Part shown: piece after piece, positions 18,413 through 28,406 of the stretch | How the letters are laid out: each line of letters starts with the position of its first letter | How positions within the stretch are numbered: the stretch's first letter is position 1 | Origin: a virus | Reading direction: 5' to 3' (one strand) | Virus record (IMG/VR): IMGVR_UViG_3300006802_000086 | Location: 14,993 to 78,992 of that record | DNA length: 64,000 nucleotides | Notes under the pieces: generated by a model | What the model was told of the DNA's origin: nothing | Database searches by the model: none | Seen by the model: only the letters and a program-made list of their open reading frames with translations | Translations under genes and position numbers: made by a program

Positions 18413-19776
18413 TGGCATTAAAGACTAACGAAACAGCAACACTTTTTTCTCAAAAGAAATTACTGGGTAAAGCACACACATCTAACTTAAACTTAGATGT
18501 AAACGAGTCTATTGGGTCAACAATACAATCCTCAGCTGGTTTATTGTTTGGTGAAGCTATTCCAACAAATCCAAGTTTAACCTTAAATACAGTTCAAAGT
18601 AATACTGTTGAATATGTAGAATTTGTCTTAGAAACGATTGCAGGTTCAACTTACGATGCAAATGATCAAGGAGGTGGCGCAGGTAGTGACAGTGGTGAGT
18701 CTTCACAAGTGTCAGGTCCGCACGCTTATGCTTTTAAATTTAAATCAGATTACGAAACTGATACTGATAATTCAAGAGCTAATGATGGAAACTTTGACAA
18801 TGATAAAATTGTACATGAAACGTTAGGGAAAGTTCAGCTAATACCACCCTTTTATTCAAGAGAGTTAGTTAATCCGTATATCATTAAAATTTATAAAGAC
18901 GATGGCGCAGGTGGTATTGGGGACGAAATACCCCTATTAGATGATATTGACTGGCAAGTTGATACATACAACGGTGTACTTTTCGTTCAAGATTATAATG
19001 CTTCAAAAATACCTGCTTTTGCTCGAGCATTTATTTATGTTGGTAAGATGCTTGACGAAGTTGTCTCTGATGCTGCAGCTTCAGGAGGTTCAGGTGGATC
19101 CGGCGGAGGTAGCAGAGAAAAAAGAGATTACGAAATATCATCAACAATCAGCTCTGGTTCAGCATTTACAGCAACAGATTCGAGCTTTACTGATTCCGAA
19201 AACGACATAACGCTAATTGATGTTTTTTATAACGGTCAATTAATGCTGTCAGGAACTAACTCTGAAGTAGGTGCTTTAGACGCAGACTATTTCACACTAT
19301 CAACAAACCAGATAAAGTTTGGATTTGACCTATTGCCAGACGATACAGTTAGCGTGATAACATATTCATCAGGTAGCGCATCGTCGGGAGGAGACGCAGA
19401 CACAGGAGCTGAATATCTAGTTTTAAGTGCAACCGGTTCTTTAAGTAATGAAAGAGTTCTGACAGCTGGAACCGGTTTACAGTCAACAGATGCTGGAGCC
19501 GGCGGCGCCTTTACAATAAAAGTTGAAAAAGAAATGGTGTTTAACGAAAAACTAGGCGGCACAGTTGACGGAACTAATACACTATTTACACTCGCTAATA
19601 CACCTTTTGCAACTAATGAGATAAGTATATTTGTGAATGGTCAACTCCAGACGCCACCTGATTTAACAACTTGGCAAGACTATTCAGTAACCGGTTCTAA
19701 CGTCTATTTTACAACCGGATCAACTCCAGAAATAGGATCTCTAATTTTAGCAATGTATAATAAGGTGGTGTCATGA
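18412..19776 (+). CDS. Virion structural protein (tail fibre/baseplate associated)
   Basis: ATG in TAATG overlap with the previous stop; two copies of a VFxNGQL...DY beta domain; Gly/Ser linkers. Confidence 0.65.
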   Translation: MALKTNETATLFSQKKLLGKAHTSNLNLDVNESIGSTIQSSAGLLFGEAIPTNPSLTLNTVQSNTVEYVEFVLETIAGSTYDANDQGGGAGSDSGESSQVSGPHAYAFKFKSDYETDTDNSRANDGNFDNDKIVHETLGKVQLIPPFYSRELVNPYIIKIYKDDGAGGIGDEIPLLDDIDWQVDTYNGVLFVQDYNASKIPAFARAFIYVGKMLDEVVSDAAASGGSGGSGGGSREKRDYEISSTISSGSAFTATDSSFTDSENDITLIDVFYNGQLMLSGTNSEVGALDADYFTLSTNQIKFGFDLLPDDTVSVITYSSGSASSGGDADTGAEYLVLSATGSLSNERVLTAGTGLQSTDAGAGGAFTIKVEKEMVFNEKLGGTVDGTNTLFTLANTPFATNEISIFVNGQLQTPPDLTTWQDYSVTGSNVYFTTGSTPEIGSLILAMYNKVVS

Positions 19777-19997
19777 ATAATAATTATATAACTAGTGATA
19801 TTGCTATTGCTTCGTATCTTATGATGAAAGGGATGCAATTAGTTGATGCCAGAAAAGAAAGAAATGGAAGATTTCGTTTTGAATTTGCAGACCCACAAGG
19901 TTTAGCTCAAAAATATGTCGTAGAATATGTTAATTCAGAATCTGCAAAATTTGACGCACATATGAAAAATCTCAAAAATATTATTTTTAAAAATTGA
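19773..19997 (+). CDS. Small phage protein, DUF5659-like
   Basis: YITSDIAIASYLMMKG...RFRFEF pattern; ATGA overlap. Confidence 0.55.
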   Translation: MNNNYITSDIAIASYLMMKGMQLVDARKERNGRFRFEFADPQGLAQKYVVEYVNSESAKFDAHMKNLKNIIFKN

Positions 19998-20111
19998 TAA
20001 CTTAAGATAATTTCTCGCATATATATTAATAGATTTAAAAAATCAAAATTAGAAGTTGAGTTTGGGTTATAAGAAATAGAAGTATATTAACAATAACACA
20101 AGGAGATATAT

Positions 20112-21989
20112 ATGGCTTCAAAAACACAATTAAGACTGGGTCAAATTACTGGCTCATTTGACAATGTTGAAGGCGGCATTGTAGATAACAGGGCAGCTCA
20201 AGCAGGTGCAGCAAATATTAATGCATTGACATTAAGTTCAGGCTCTCTAGTAGGCGTTTTTTCAGAACTTGCTTCTGCTGTTAAAAGAGTTCACGGTGGT
20301 GATACTTTTGCCGGTGCTCTTGCTGGTGAGTTTTTGCAAGGAATTACAGTAGCAGATGCAGGTGGTTTAACAATTGGTGCCGGTGGAAATGAATTCAGTA
20401 TTACTGAGTCTAGTGATGACGTTACTCTTAAAACTTTAATATCTGACAAGGATATGATTTTTAATGTGAACGACGACGGAACTGACACAGAGGTATTTAG
20501 GTTAGACGGAGACGTATCAGCGCTTAAGATGGCGTCTGGAAAGCAAATCCAATTCGGTGACGCTGGAGAAAACATTAGTGGTGATGGTACTGATCTTGCA
20601 GTTAATTCGAGCAATAACATCGATATTGTTGCGGCTAATCTTTTGACAATTGATGCACAAGGTACTGATTCTGGAGACGGTGTAAAAATTACATTAGGGT
20701 CAGATACAGCTGATACAGTATTTAAAGTGGTTAACAACAGTGATTCAGACGCTTTTACTATTAATGGTGCAAAGAATGCTACTGTCGGCGGTAATTTAAC
20801 AGTTACGGGTGATTTAACTGTAAATGGTACAACCACAACTATTAATACTGACAGCTTGGTTGTTGAAGATGCAGTTATTGCTTTAGCATCAGGATCAGCA
20901 GCAACTGCAGACGTTAACTCAGCTTTGGTTTTCCAAAGAGCAACTGCAGATTTAGGTGGCAACACTGATATGCAAAACGGTGCATTGATGTTCTTGCAAG
21001 GAACAGGGTTTAAATTAGGCTATACAAATGACAACGCTGAAACTGCACAAGGTTCCCTTGCAATTGCTAATGATGATTTAGCATCAGTTTGGGTTGACAG
21101 GTTAAATATTGCCGGAGACACTCACTATTTTAATGTAGCTGGTAGTACACTTTCAGCAATCGCCAATTCAGAATTTGAAGTTCAATCAGGCGGTGATATC
21201 GTTCTTGATGCAGACAGTGCAAAAGTTATTTTGAAAGATGCTGGAACTGAAATAGGTAGGTTAACGCATGACTCAGGAAACGCTACGTTTATTCTTTCAT
21301 CGTCGGGTACCGACAGCATTTCTTTAGAATCTAGATCAGGTGAGGTATTCTTTAACGACCAAGATTTAACTGTAACAGCCGGTCTTAACGTTCAAACTGC
21401 TAATCAAATTAAATTCGGTCACGTGTCAGGCGGTTCGCATACCGTAGGCTTCTTAAATCTTAAAGATAATGCAGTCTCAATACTTTCCGCTTCAAGTGGT
21501 TTACAAATTGATGCAGGTGCAGATGCAGCGAATTTACAGTTGAAATCAGACAATGCTAACACATTTGCTTTTAAGGCGCCTGGTGCATTAGGCGGTAGCT
21601 ATACAGTTCAAATGCCTGGAAATGGTAATATCGCAATAGGTAAAGTTCTTAAAGTAAACAATAACATAGGCGGTGGAGAATGGGGATTAGACTGGGCATC
21701 TGAGACAGCTGCATCTTATGAGAAAGCTGCAAAAATTATCACTGGTGGGACTGTAAATGCTGGGACAGGTGTCGACATGTCATCAGTTAATCATGGGACT
21801 GCTCCTGCTTCATTACAAGTTGCTTATGCTAATGCTGACGTTTTTGTTAACGGTCAGTTATTGCTTTCAGGAACTGAAGCTAATAGATCTGGTGGTAATG
21901 TAGACTATACTGTATCTGGTGGACAAGAATTGACATTCGCTTTTAATCTTGAAGATGACGATATCATATCAGTGTTTGTAAGAGGCTAA
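20112..21989 (+). CDS. Tail fibre-like structural protein
   Basis: GNLTVTGDLTVNGTTTTINT..LVVED fibre motif; C-terminal VFVNGQLLLSG..DY domain; SD AAGGAG. Confidence 0.7.
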   Translation: MASKTQLRLGQITGSFDNVEGGIVDNRAAQAGAANINALTLSSGSLVGVFSELASAVKRVHGGDTFAGALAGEFLQGITVADAGGLTIGAGGNEFSITESSDDVTLKTLISDKDMIFNVNDDGTDTEVFRLDGDVSALKMASGKQIQFGDAGENISGDGTDLAVNSSNNIDIVAANLLTIDAQGTDSGDGVKITLGSDTADTVFKVVNNSDSDAFTINGAKNATVGGNLTVTGDLTVNGTTTTINTDSLVVEDAVIALASGSAATADVNSALVFQRATADLGGNTDMQNGALMFLQGTGFKLGYTNDNAETAQGSLAIANDDLASVWVDRLNIAGDTHYFNVAGSTLSAIANSEFEVQSGGDIVLDADSAKVILKDAGTEIGRLTHDSGNATFILSSSGTDSISLESRSGEVFFNDQDLTVTAGLNVQTANQIKFGHVSGGSHTVGFLNLKDNAVSILSASSGLQIDAGADAANLQLKSDNANTFAFKAPGALGGSYTVQMPGNGNIAIGKVLKVNNNIGGGEWGLDWASETAASYEKAAKIITGGTVNAGTGVDMSSVNHGTAPASLQVAYANADVFVNGQLLLSGTEANRSGGNVDYTVSGGQELTFAFNLEDDDIISVFVRG

Positions 21990-22012
21990 TTTTTTAGTTA
22001 TTCTTAATACGA

Positions 22013-22045
22013 AGAAGGGGTATTTACTATCCCTTCTTTTTTTTT
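22013..22045 (+). terminator. Rho-independent terminator
   Basis: AGAAGGGG...TCCCTTCT hairpin followed by a long T run. Confidence 0.8.
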
Positions 22046-22073
22046 ATAATAATTAGAGTTAAAGGAGACAACA

Positions 22074-22415
22074 ATGAAAAAAGAAATTTTTAAAGATTTA
22101 ATCAAACCGAAGCTGGTAGATCAAACAATTTATCAGCTATCACAAGTCAAAGGATTTGTCGACGTGTCTTTACGTGAGGTTGCTACTAAAAATTTTGAAA
22201 GTGATGAAGCAAAAATTAAATATTTACTTGATACACTTTATAGCGTTCGTGATTTTGTCATGGCTCAAACAACAGACAACTCCATGCGTCAAACACTTAT
22301 CAAACAATTTGAATTAATTGAAAAAGAAGTAGAAACGGGAAACGATTTAAAAGAGCAAAAAGAAAGTCGATCAAAGACGCTAGACGAACTATTGGCGTCA
22401 GACCCGTCAAATTAA
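22074..22415 (+). CDS. Hypothetical protein; candidate -1 frameshift isoform ending at 22435
   Basis: SD AAGGAG; in-frame G GGA AAC heptamer at 22337-22343. Confidence 0.7.
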   Translation: MKKEIFKDLIKPKLVDQTIYQLSQVKGFVDVSLREVATKNFESDEAKIKYLLDTLYSVRDFVMAQTTDNSMRQTLIKQFELIEKEVETGNDLKEQKESRSKTLDELLASDPSN

Positions 22416-22431
22416 GAGACAGGAGAAATAA

Positions 22432-22851
22432 TTGAAAGTTTTGCAAACTGCTAATTTAGGAAAAGGATATGCTGATAGAACATCTGATATTAGGTATTCT
22501 ATTTATGATACATTAGGTTCGGAGACAACATCTGCAACTAACTCGGGTATTTATCAGTTGGGAACGAGCACCGGATTGTATGGTGTAGAGTTAAATCTCA
22601 ATAATCGCTTTAGTGGGTCAATTGTTTGGTCAGTTGATGGTAATACAAATGTATACGCAACAGAAGAGATAAAAATGGATCAAAAAATGGCACGATTTAT
22701 TCATACCGGCAGATGGATTATCGATGAAAATACAAATCAAATGGTATTCTATGAAGATGATAATGTGACAGAGATCGCCAGATATGATCTTAAAGATCGC
22801 GACGGTAATGCATCAATAACCGAAATATTTGAAAGATCTAGGATTAGTTAG
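22432..22851 (+). CDS. Hypothetical structural-module protein
   Basis: TTG start with SD AGGAG; GRWIID..NQMVFYEDDN..EIARYDL motif. Confidence 0.65.
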   Translation: MKVLQTANLGKGYADRTSDIRYSIYDTLGSETTSATNSGIYQLGTSTGLYGVELNLNNRFSGSIVWSVDGNTNVYATEEIKMDQKMARFIHTGRWIIDENTNQMVFYEDDNVTEIARYDLKDRDGNASITEIFERSRIS

Positions 22852-23222
22852 TGGCATTAATTCAACGTCCCGGAGGTTTACTAGTAACAAGAGGATTAGG
22901 AGGACCGACCACGCAGATTATCGCGAGAGGATTCCTACCTATACTGGTAGATGAGATAGTTGAAGTTGCTCGCGGAGCACGTGTATTAGGTAGTAGATCT
23001 AAGCAAAAAATAGAAGATCTGATAGACGAGTTAAAAATCACCGCAGCTTTAATTGCAATTAATGGAAAAGACCTTGTCAAACCGATAATTAATACTATAA
23101 ACAGAACTTACGAGGATAAACCTGCACCAAAAATTGAGGTTACTCCTACTAAATTATCCGTAAGACAACCTGATATAAAAGTATCAGTTAAGAAAGTGAG
23201 GAATAAAAATGTCGACGATTGA
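22851..23222 (+). CDS. Hypothetical protein
   Basis: ORF coupled to both neighbours. Confidence 0.6.
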   Translation: MALIQRPGGLLVTRGLGGPTTQIIARGFLPILVDEIVEVARGARVLGSRSKQKIEDLIDELKITAALIAINGKDLVKPIINTINRTYEDKPAPKIEVTPTKLSVRQPDIKVSVKKVRNKNVDD

Positions 23223-23709
23223 TCTAATGATTGATGAGGAAAATGAATTAACATTTCAAGTACACATTGAAGGTACTAGACCGGGATCAGCAAAATGTCG
23301 GCTTATGCTCGAGTCAAAAGATATGGCATTGGCGTTTGAAGGTCAGTCAACAGGAGATGAAGTGACAGTTGTTTTACCTCCATTAGATCACGTAATCAAG
23401 GAAGGAATGTACGATATGACTTTAGAAGTCGTCGTCGATGATCGATTTTTTGAGCCTCTTAAATTGCAAGGTGCATTTGAAAAGAGGCTCAAGGTGACAG
23501 CAGAGGCAGTCACTGTTCGAACAAAGCCAAAAGTGAAAACATCAGCTTCACTTGTTGAAGTTAAAAAGAGTAACAAACCTGCACAAGTAAGCGTTTCAAA
23601 TAGCACCAGTCAAAAACAAAAAAGAAAAAATATTCAAGAAACAAAAACATATACTGATAAAGATATCATGGATTTAATAAAATCGTTATCTAAAAGAGGA
23701 AAAAGATGA
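23209..23709 (+). CDS. Hypothetical protein (beta-sandwich N-terminus, basic tail)
   Basis: ORF with SD GAGG; LEVVVDDRFFEP motif. Confidence 0.65.
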   Translation: MSTIDLMIDEENELTFQVHIEGTRPGSAKCRLMLESKDMALAFEGQSTGDEVTVVLPPLDHVIKEGMYDMTLEVVVDDRFFEPLKLQGAFEKRLKVTAEAVTVRTKPKVKTSASLVEVKKSNKPAQVSVSNSTSQKQKRKNIQETKTYTDKDIMDLIKSLSKRGKR

Positions 23710-23933
23710 TTTTTATCTTGTTTTATTTAGCAATTGCATTTTCAATTTACTACAGTCTTAAAACACATCTAAGCACGATTGAACTTCTTTATGCAAAATT
23801 AGATGTTAAATCTAGGCAAAGACTAGACAATAGACGCTTCAAAGTAAACAAAAAATTAAAATGGGTTTTGTTATGGCCTGTTCTATTAGCACAAGAAATA
23901 TATGCAGAGTATAAAAAGAAAAAACAAGATTAA
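23706..23933 (+). CDS. Small membrane protein
   Basis: Hydrophobic N-terminus, WVLLWPVLL segment. Confidence 0.55.
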   Translation: MIFILFYLAIAFSIYYSLKTHLSTIELLYAKLDVKSRQRLDNRRFKVNKKLKWVLLWPVLLAQEIYAEYKKKKQD

Positions 23934-24627
23934 ACTATTAGAATATAAGCTAGCTTTTGAAGAGGCTGTACAAGTTAAAAAAGAATACGAAGAAGGCGCT
24001 AATGACTTAAATTATCGCCTTTCTTTTTTTCGAAAAAGACTAGTCAAAACGCAATGCTCAAATCCTGAAGTTTTTGACGCTGCTTTTATGCGGGACAGTA
24101 AAGAATATAATAAAACAAAAGACATAGAGATACCCAGAGTTAAAAAAGAGACACTTTTACCAAAAAACAATATAAAACCATGGGCTAAAAAATTATATAG
24201 AAAAATAGCTATATCATGTCATCCTGATAAAATCTCTAATATATCATCTAAAGAATTAAAAGAAAAGTTGACTTCTAATTATCTCATTGCGACTAAGTCA
24301 TATGAAGAAGCAGAATATAGCGACTTACTTATGATAGCAGCTGACCTAAATATCGAGTTTTCAGAAGAAAAGATTCAAGAACATGTTGTACCTGATTTAA
24401 TAAAAAAGACTAATATTATAAATAGCACTAAGAAAAAAATAGAATGGCAATGGCACCACGTCCCGCATGCGATGAGAAATGATGAGCTTAAAAAAATATT
24501 AACAGCTATGGGATTTGAGTTTACTGAAGAGCTAGTTGAAGAAGTTAATAAAAGAAAAAAGCCTAGATCTAGAAAAGCCGGGGTAAAACCAACTAACAAA
24601 ATACAAAGAAGAAAAAGGCTAAGCTAG
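23902..24627 (+). CDS. J-domain (DnaJ-like) protein
   Basis: KKLYRKIAISCHPDK with the HPD motif. Confidence 0.7.
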   Translation: MQSIKRKNKIKLLEYKLAFEEAVQVKKEYEEGANDLNYRLSFFRKRLVKTQCSNPEVFDAAFMRDSKEYNKTKDIEIPRVKKETLLPKNNIKPWAKKLYRKIAISCHPDKISNISSKELKEKLTSNYLIATKSYEEAEYSDLLMIAADLNIEFSEEKIQEHVVPDLIKKTNIINSTKKKIEWQWHHVPHAMRNDELKKILTAMGFEFTEELVEEVNKRKKPRSRKAGVKPTNKIQRRKRLS

Positions 24628-24699
24628 GATTGTAAATCCCCGACAATACTCTTTAAATTTAATAGTTAACAAATTTAAATTTAAAAGAAGGAGTATTTT

Positions 24700-25515
24700 A
24701 TGCCTGAAGGACCAGAAGTAAAAATAACAACAGATTTTTTAAACATGCTTGTAGGAAAATCATTCCACAGTTTTGCAATCTTGTCAGGAAGATATACAAA
24801 AACAGACGGGATTCCAAACACAGAGATTGCAGGTTTACCGGCAAAGATATCATCGGTCAACTGTAAAGGAAAGTTTATATACTTTACGCTCACTGATGAA
24901 ATACTTAACAAAAAATACTATCTTTTTAATACACTGGGTATGACTGGGATGTGGTCAGAAAAAGAATCAAAACATTCGAGATTTGTAATTTATTTTGATG
25001 ATGATACTCGACTATTTTACAATGATATTAGAAATTTTGGTACACTTAAATTTGTCCACACTAAAAAAGAACTAGACAAAAAACTTGACTCACTAGGTCC
25101 TGATATTTTAAAGACTGATATCGACTGGCTGGGATATAGAAATCGTTTTCTTAAGAAACCTAATAAAACAATTGCAGAGTGTCTTATGAATCAATCTGTG
25201 ATCTCTGGCGTAGGTAATTATTTAAAAGCAGAGATATTATATGCAACAAAAATATCACCAAAAAGATTAATCAAAGATATTGTAAACGATGAATGGCATA
25301 AACTTTACTTTGAAACAATCACAATTGCACAAAGATCGTATAAGTTGGGCGGTGCAACTATTGAAAGTTATAGACAACCTAATGGCGAAAAAGGTTTGTA
25401 CAGTCGACGTTTTGCAGTGTATAATCAAAAGTCAGATCCTTTAGGAAATGAAGTAATTAAAGAAACAACAGCAGATAAGCGTACCACACATTGGGTACCA
25501 TCAATTCAAAAGTAA
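24700..25515 (+). CDS. mutM: Fpg/Nei family DNA glycosylase/AP lyase
   Basis: N-terminal MPEGPEV, KGKFIY, LGMTG, DIRNFG, LGPD, H2TH NQSVISGVGNYLKAEILY; C-terminus RTTHWVP lacks zinc-finger cysteines. Confidence 0.9.
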   Translation: MPEGPEVKITTDFLNMLVGKSFHSFAILSGRYTKTDGIPNTEIAGLPAKISSVNCKGKFIYFTLTDEILNKKYYLFNTLGMTGMWSEKESKHSRFVIYFDDDTRLFYNDIRNFGTLKFVHTKKELDKKLDSLGPDILKTDIDWLGYRNRFLKKPNKTIAECLMNQSVISGVGNYLKAEILYATKISPKRLIKDIVNDEWHKLYFETITIAQRSYKLGGATIESYRQPNGEKGLYSRRFAVYNQKSDPLGNEVIKETTADKRTTHWVPSIQK

Positions 25516-25524
25516 GGAGAAAAA

Positions 25525-25761
25525 ATGAAAGAAACTGTTACTCTAAATGATAGTGTTATTGCACATTTGGTAAAATTAATCCAAGTAGGTTTTTTAACAG
25601 GAACCGACATTGTTGATCATTTTAGAATGATCAAAATGACAATTGAAGACGGTGAACTTTTTCTAGACACAGACTATGAAAAAAATCATGAAGTCAATGT
25701 GCAAAAAATGCTAGATGAAGCCCAAGAATTAGAAAATAAAGTAGAAGACACAGAGGGGTAA
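25525..25761 (+). CDS. Hypothetical protein
   Basis: ORF with SD AAGGAG; LTGTDIVDHFRMI. Confidence 0.65.
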   Translation: MKETVTLNDSVIAHLVKLIQVGFLTGTDIVDHFRMIKMTIEDGELFLDTDYEKNHEVNVQKMLDEAQELENKVEDTEG

Positions 25762-25762
25762 A

Positions 25763-26140
25763 ATGAACTGCAAGCTTGAAGAAATGTTTAAGTTAAGGCT
25801 ATCATTCATGAATATGATGAAGGAACACATTCCCGAGTCTTATCCTGAATTTCCAGTTGATATTACTGAAAAGTCATCTCAGCAAGTTTGCAGAGATTTA
25901 GCTCTCAAAGGTGTTGAAGAAATGTTTGAAGCTCTGCAACATCTCAAAAACTGGAAACCACATCGTAAGACTGAAATTAATGACGCCTTAAATAAGGAAG
26001 AGTTTTTAGAAGAAGTCGTAGATGCACTAAATTATTTTTTTGCGATGCTTATTGTCACAGGTTTTGATGACAAAGAGCTGTTTGAAGCCTATTTAAAAAA
26101 GGACAAGAAAATTAGAGAGAGGCTATTAGATGGATACTAA
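25763..26140 (+). CDS. Dimeric (all-alpha) dUTPase/dCTPase-like NTP pyrophosphatase
   Basis: EEMFEALQHLKNWKPH...EEVVDALNYF (ExxE...ExxD metal motif), Y.KK. Confidence 0.75.
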   Translation: MNCKLEEMFKLRLSFMNMMKEHIPESYPEFPVDITEKSSQQVCRDLALKGVEEMFEALQHLKNWKPHRKTEINDALNKEEFLEEVVDALNYFFAMLIVTGFDDKELFEAYLKKDKKIRERLLDGY

Positions 26141-26387
26141 AATTGTTTTTAACGGAAGACAATTTACAAATACTGTAGATCTAACAAAAGAAATAAAACA
26201 ATTAAAACCTGAAGAACTTAAGTTTTCAGGTTCTTTAGTGTACGATTCAGGGTTAAGTATGTTTTTGTTTAATTCTGTAAATTATGAAAAGATTGAGTAT
26301 TATATGAAGGAAATTAACAATATTAACAAAACTAGTGAGGTGGAATTTGAATTTCAAACAGATGATGAAAAAGCAGGAAGCTTATAA
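26130..26387 (+). CDS. Hypothetical protein
   Basis: ORF overlapping both neighbours, SD GAGG. Confidence 0.55.
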   Translation: MDTKIVFNGRQFTNTVDLTKEIKQLKPEELKFSGSLVYDSGLSMFLFNSVNYEKIEYYMKEINNINKTSEVEFEFQTDDEKAGSL

Positions 26388-27297
26388 TAGAAAAATCGTT
26401 GGAAGATCCGATCAATTATCACAAGAATTAAAAGAAAAAATAACACAAGAAAATGTTTTATGCGCTCATTCAGAATTAAGTGCTTTAGTTAACGCTACAC
26501 ACTATAAAAATCATCACACTCATTCAGAGCCTGTAGCAAATAGGTCGACTGTTCTTTATGAAACAGTTGATGTAATTCGCTATATGATTGCAACTTTAAA
26601 TACGTGGGGTATTACGTCAGGAGAATTTGAAAAAGCCTTTGATAAAAAAGATGTATATCTCAATAAGCATCACGAGATGCAACAAAAAAAATGGGATGGT
26701 GTACAACCTGTAGCAATTGTTGACATTGATGATGTATTAGCAAATTTTAGAGAAGGATTTTCTAATTGGCTGAAGAAAGAGTACGGAGTAGAGCCTGATG
26801 TTAATTCTAAAGAATACTACTTTATTACAGCACTATCAAAAATCAATATGAACTCAGAAACTGTCTTTAAGAGGTATTTAGATAGTGGAGGATTTGCAGA
26901 TCTTACTATAGATACAGACAATTTAGAACTTTTACATCAACTTAAACACCAAGGATATTGGATACATCTTCTCACAGCAAGGCCTGAGGAAGAATTGCAA
27001 TGTCTATATGATACTTACTACTGGATTTGGCTGCAAAATATTCCTTGCGATGCAATTTCATTTTCACCTGAAAAATTTAGATGGTGTGCCAAGTCAAAAT
27101 ATTATGATGCAGGTGCTATTAAATTTGCAATTGATGACGCACCTAAACACGCACAAGACTATGCTAAGCATGGAATAAAATGCTTCGTTCCTAAAAAGTC
27201 ATACAATGAGCATCTTCACGATAAAAATATTTTTCTTTATAAAAATTATAGTCACATTACTAATTTATTAATGATGCAAGGTTTGTTAAGGGAATGA
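26335..27297 (+). CDS. MazG/dUTPase-like domain fused to HAD-family 5'(3')-deoxyribonucleotidase (true start probably 26347 or 26362)
   Basis: N-half SELSAL...YETVDVIRY; C-half IVDIDDVL, LLTAR, IDDAPKH HAD motifs. Confidence 0.75.
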   Translation: MRWNLNFKQMMKKQEAYNRKIVGRSDQLSQELKEKITQENVLCAHSELSALVNATHYKNHHTHSEPVANRSTVLYETVDVIRYMIATLNTWGITSGEFEKAFDKKDVYLNKHHEMQQKKWDGVQPVAIVDIDDVLANFREGFSNWLKKEYGVEPDVNSKEYYFITALSKINMNSETVFKRYLDSGGFADLTIDTDNLELLHQLKHQGYWIHLLTARPEEELQCLYDTYYWIWLQNIPCDAISFSPEKFRWCAKSKYYDAGAIKFAIDDAPKHAQDYAKHGIKCFVPKKSYNEHLHDKNIFLYKNYSHITNLLMMQGLLRE

Positions 27298-27352
27298 TGA
27301 TATAACTGGCTCTAACCTCATATATATGATTATATAGACAAAGGGTAAAGAT

Positions 27353-28360
27353 ATGCATGTCAAAATGTCAGATTTAAAATTAATTGTAGAAAGATTCTTA
27401 AAAGAACAAGAAGGCGACTGGCTAGGTGATGAAGAAGATAATCTAGGTAATTTAGGCGTAAACAGACTTGATCAAAAATTAAAAAATTTAAAAAATTTGT
27501 GTATTGATCAGATTATTGATGAATTATCAAGCTCAAACTTTAGAGATCAAAACATTTCAGAACAGATGTTAAAAGTAGTAGAGCGAAACTTAAAAAATGT
27601 AAGTGTTGTTGTGTCAAAAGTCACAGCTAGTAAAGAAATTAATCTTTCTTCAATGGCTATTTGTTTTACACCTAACATTACACATACCAAAGAAGAAAAT
27701 AATATGGTTTTACAGACACCTAAAATACCTAGCGACATCAATGATATTTCTAAAGATGTGCTTAGTAGATATAATTCTTCTCCTGGAAAATACCCAATCA
27801 TACTTTTTCTAGAAAAAAATATATCCAGTGACATAGATGATCAGAAACTCAAAGATATTTTACTTCACGAATTAGGTCATGTTAAAAACAACACAATAAA
27901 GGCACTATCATTAACAGCATCAGATCAGTCTGGAGAAAATATAGGAAACATTCAGCTTAATCGAGATGAGATAAAGTCAATTTTAAGAAAAGACTTTAAA
28001 GAAAAGTCTGTTAATGAAATAATATTCATATTAACTTCTGAAGGCTGGTTAGACAAAGAACAAAAAGATGAAAATCAAGAGTTAGTAAGTGAGCTTAAAG
28101 AATATTATGATGGTGTTGAAGACTCAAGCAACATGAAAGCAGTTGAAGAGTTAGCTGTCAGAGTATCTGCGCTAAAAAGAAATAGTGAAGCTTTTACAAG
28201 ATTTGTTGTCAATAAAGAAATAGATCGCTATACCAACATATCAAAAGATTATAATCTAGACATTGCTGACATAGTTTTACTTATAAGTAAAAATGCAAAT
28301 ACTAATGATATAAATAAAATTGTCAAAAATAAGCAGTCAAGAAAAAATGTAACTGTATAA
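27353..28360 (+). CDS. Leader-bearing zincin-like metalloprotease
   Basis: N-terminus MHVKMSDLKLIVERFLKE; LLHELGHV (HExxH) and downstream EELAVR. Confidence 0.55.
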   Translation: MHVKMSDLKLIVERFLKEQEGDWLGDEEDNLGNLGVNRLDQKLKNLKNLCIDQIIDELSSSNFRDQNISEQMLKVVERNLKNVSVVVSKVTASKEINLSSMAICFTPNITHTKEENNMVLQTPKIPSDINDISKDVLSRYNSSPGKYPIILFLEKNISSDIDDQKLKDILLHELGHVKNNTIKALSLTASDQSGENIGNIQLNRDEIKSILRKDFKEKSVNEIIFILTSEGWLDKEQKDENQELVSELKEYYDGVEDSSNMKAVEELAVRVSALKRNSEAFTRFVVNKEIDRYTNISKDYNLDIADIVLLISKNANTNDINKIVKNKQSRKNVTV

Positions 28361-28375
28361 AATATTTGATATAAT
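28347..28375 (+). promoter_or_regulatory. Sigma70-like promoter for the cglF-like gene
   Basis: ATGTAA-N17-TATAAT. Confidence 0.6.
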
Positions 28376-28406
28376 AAAAAATATAAAACATACTAAAGGA
28401 GAAAAT

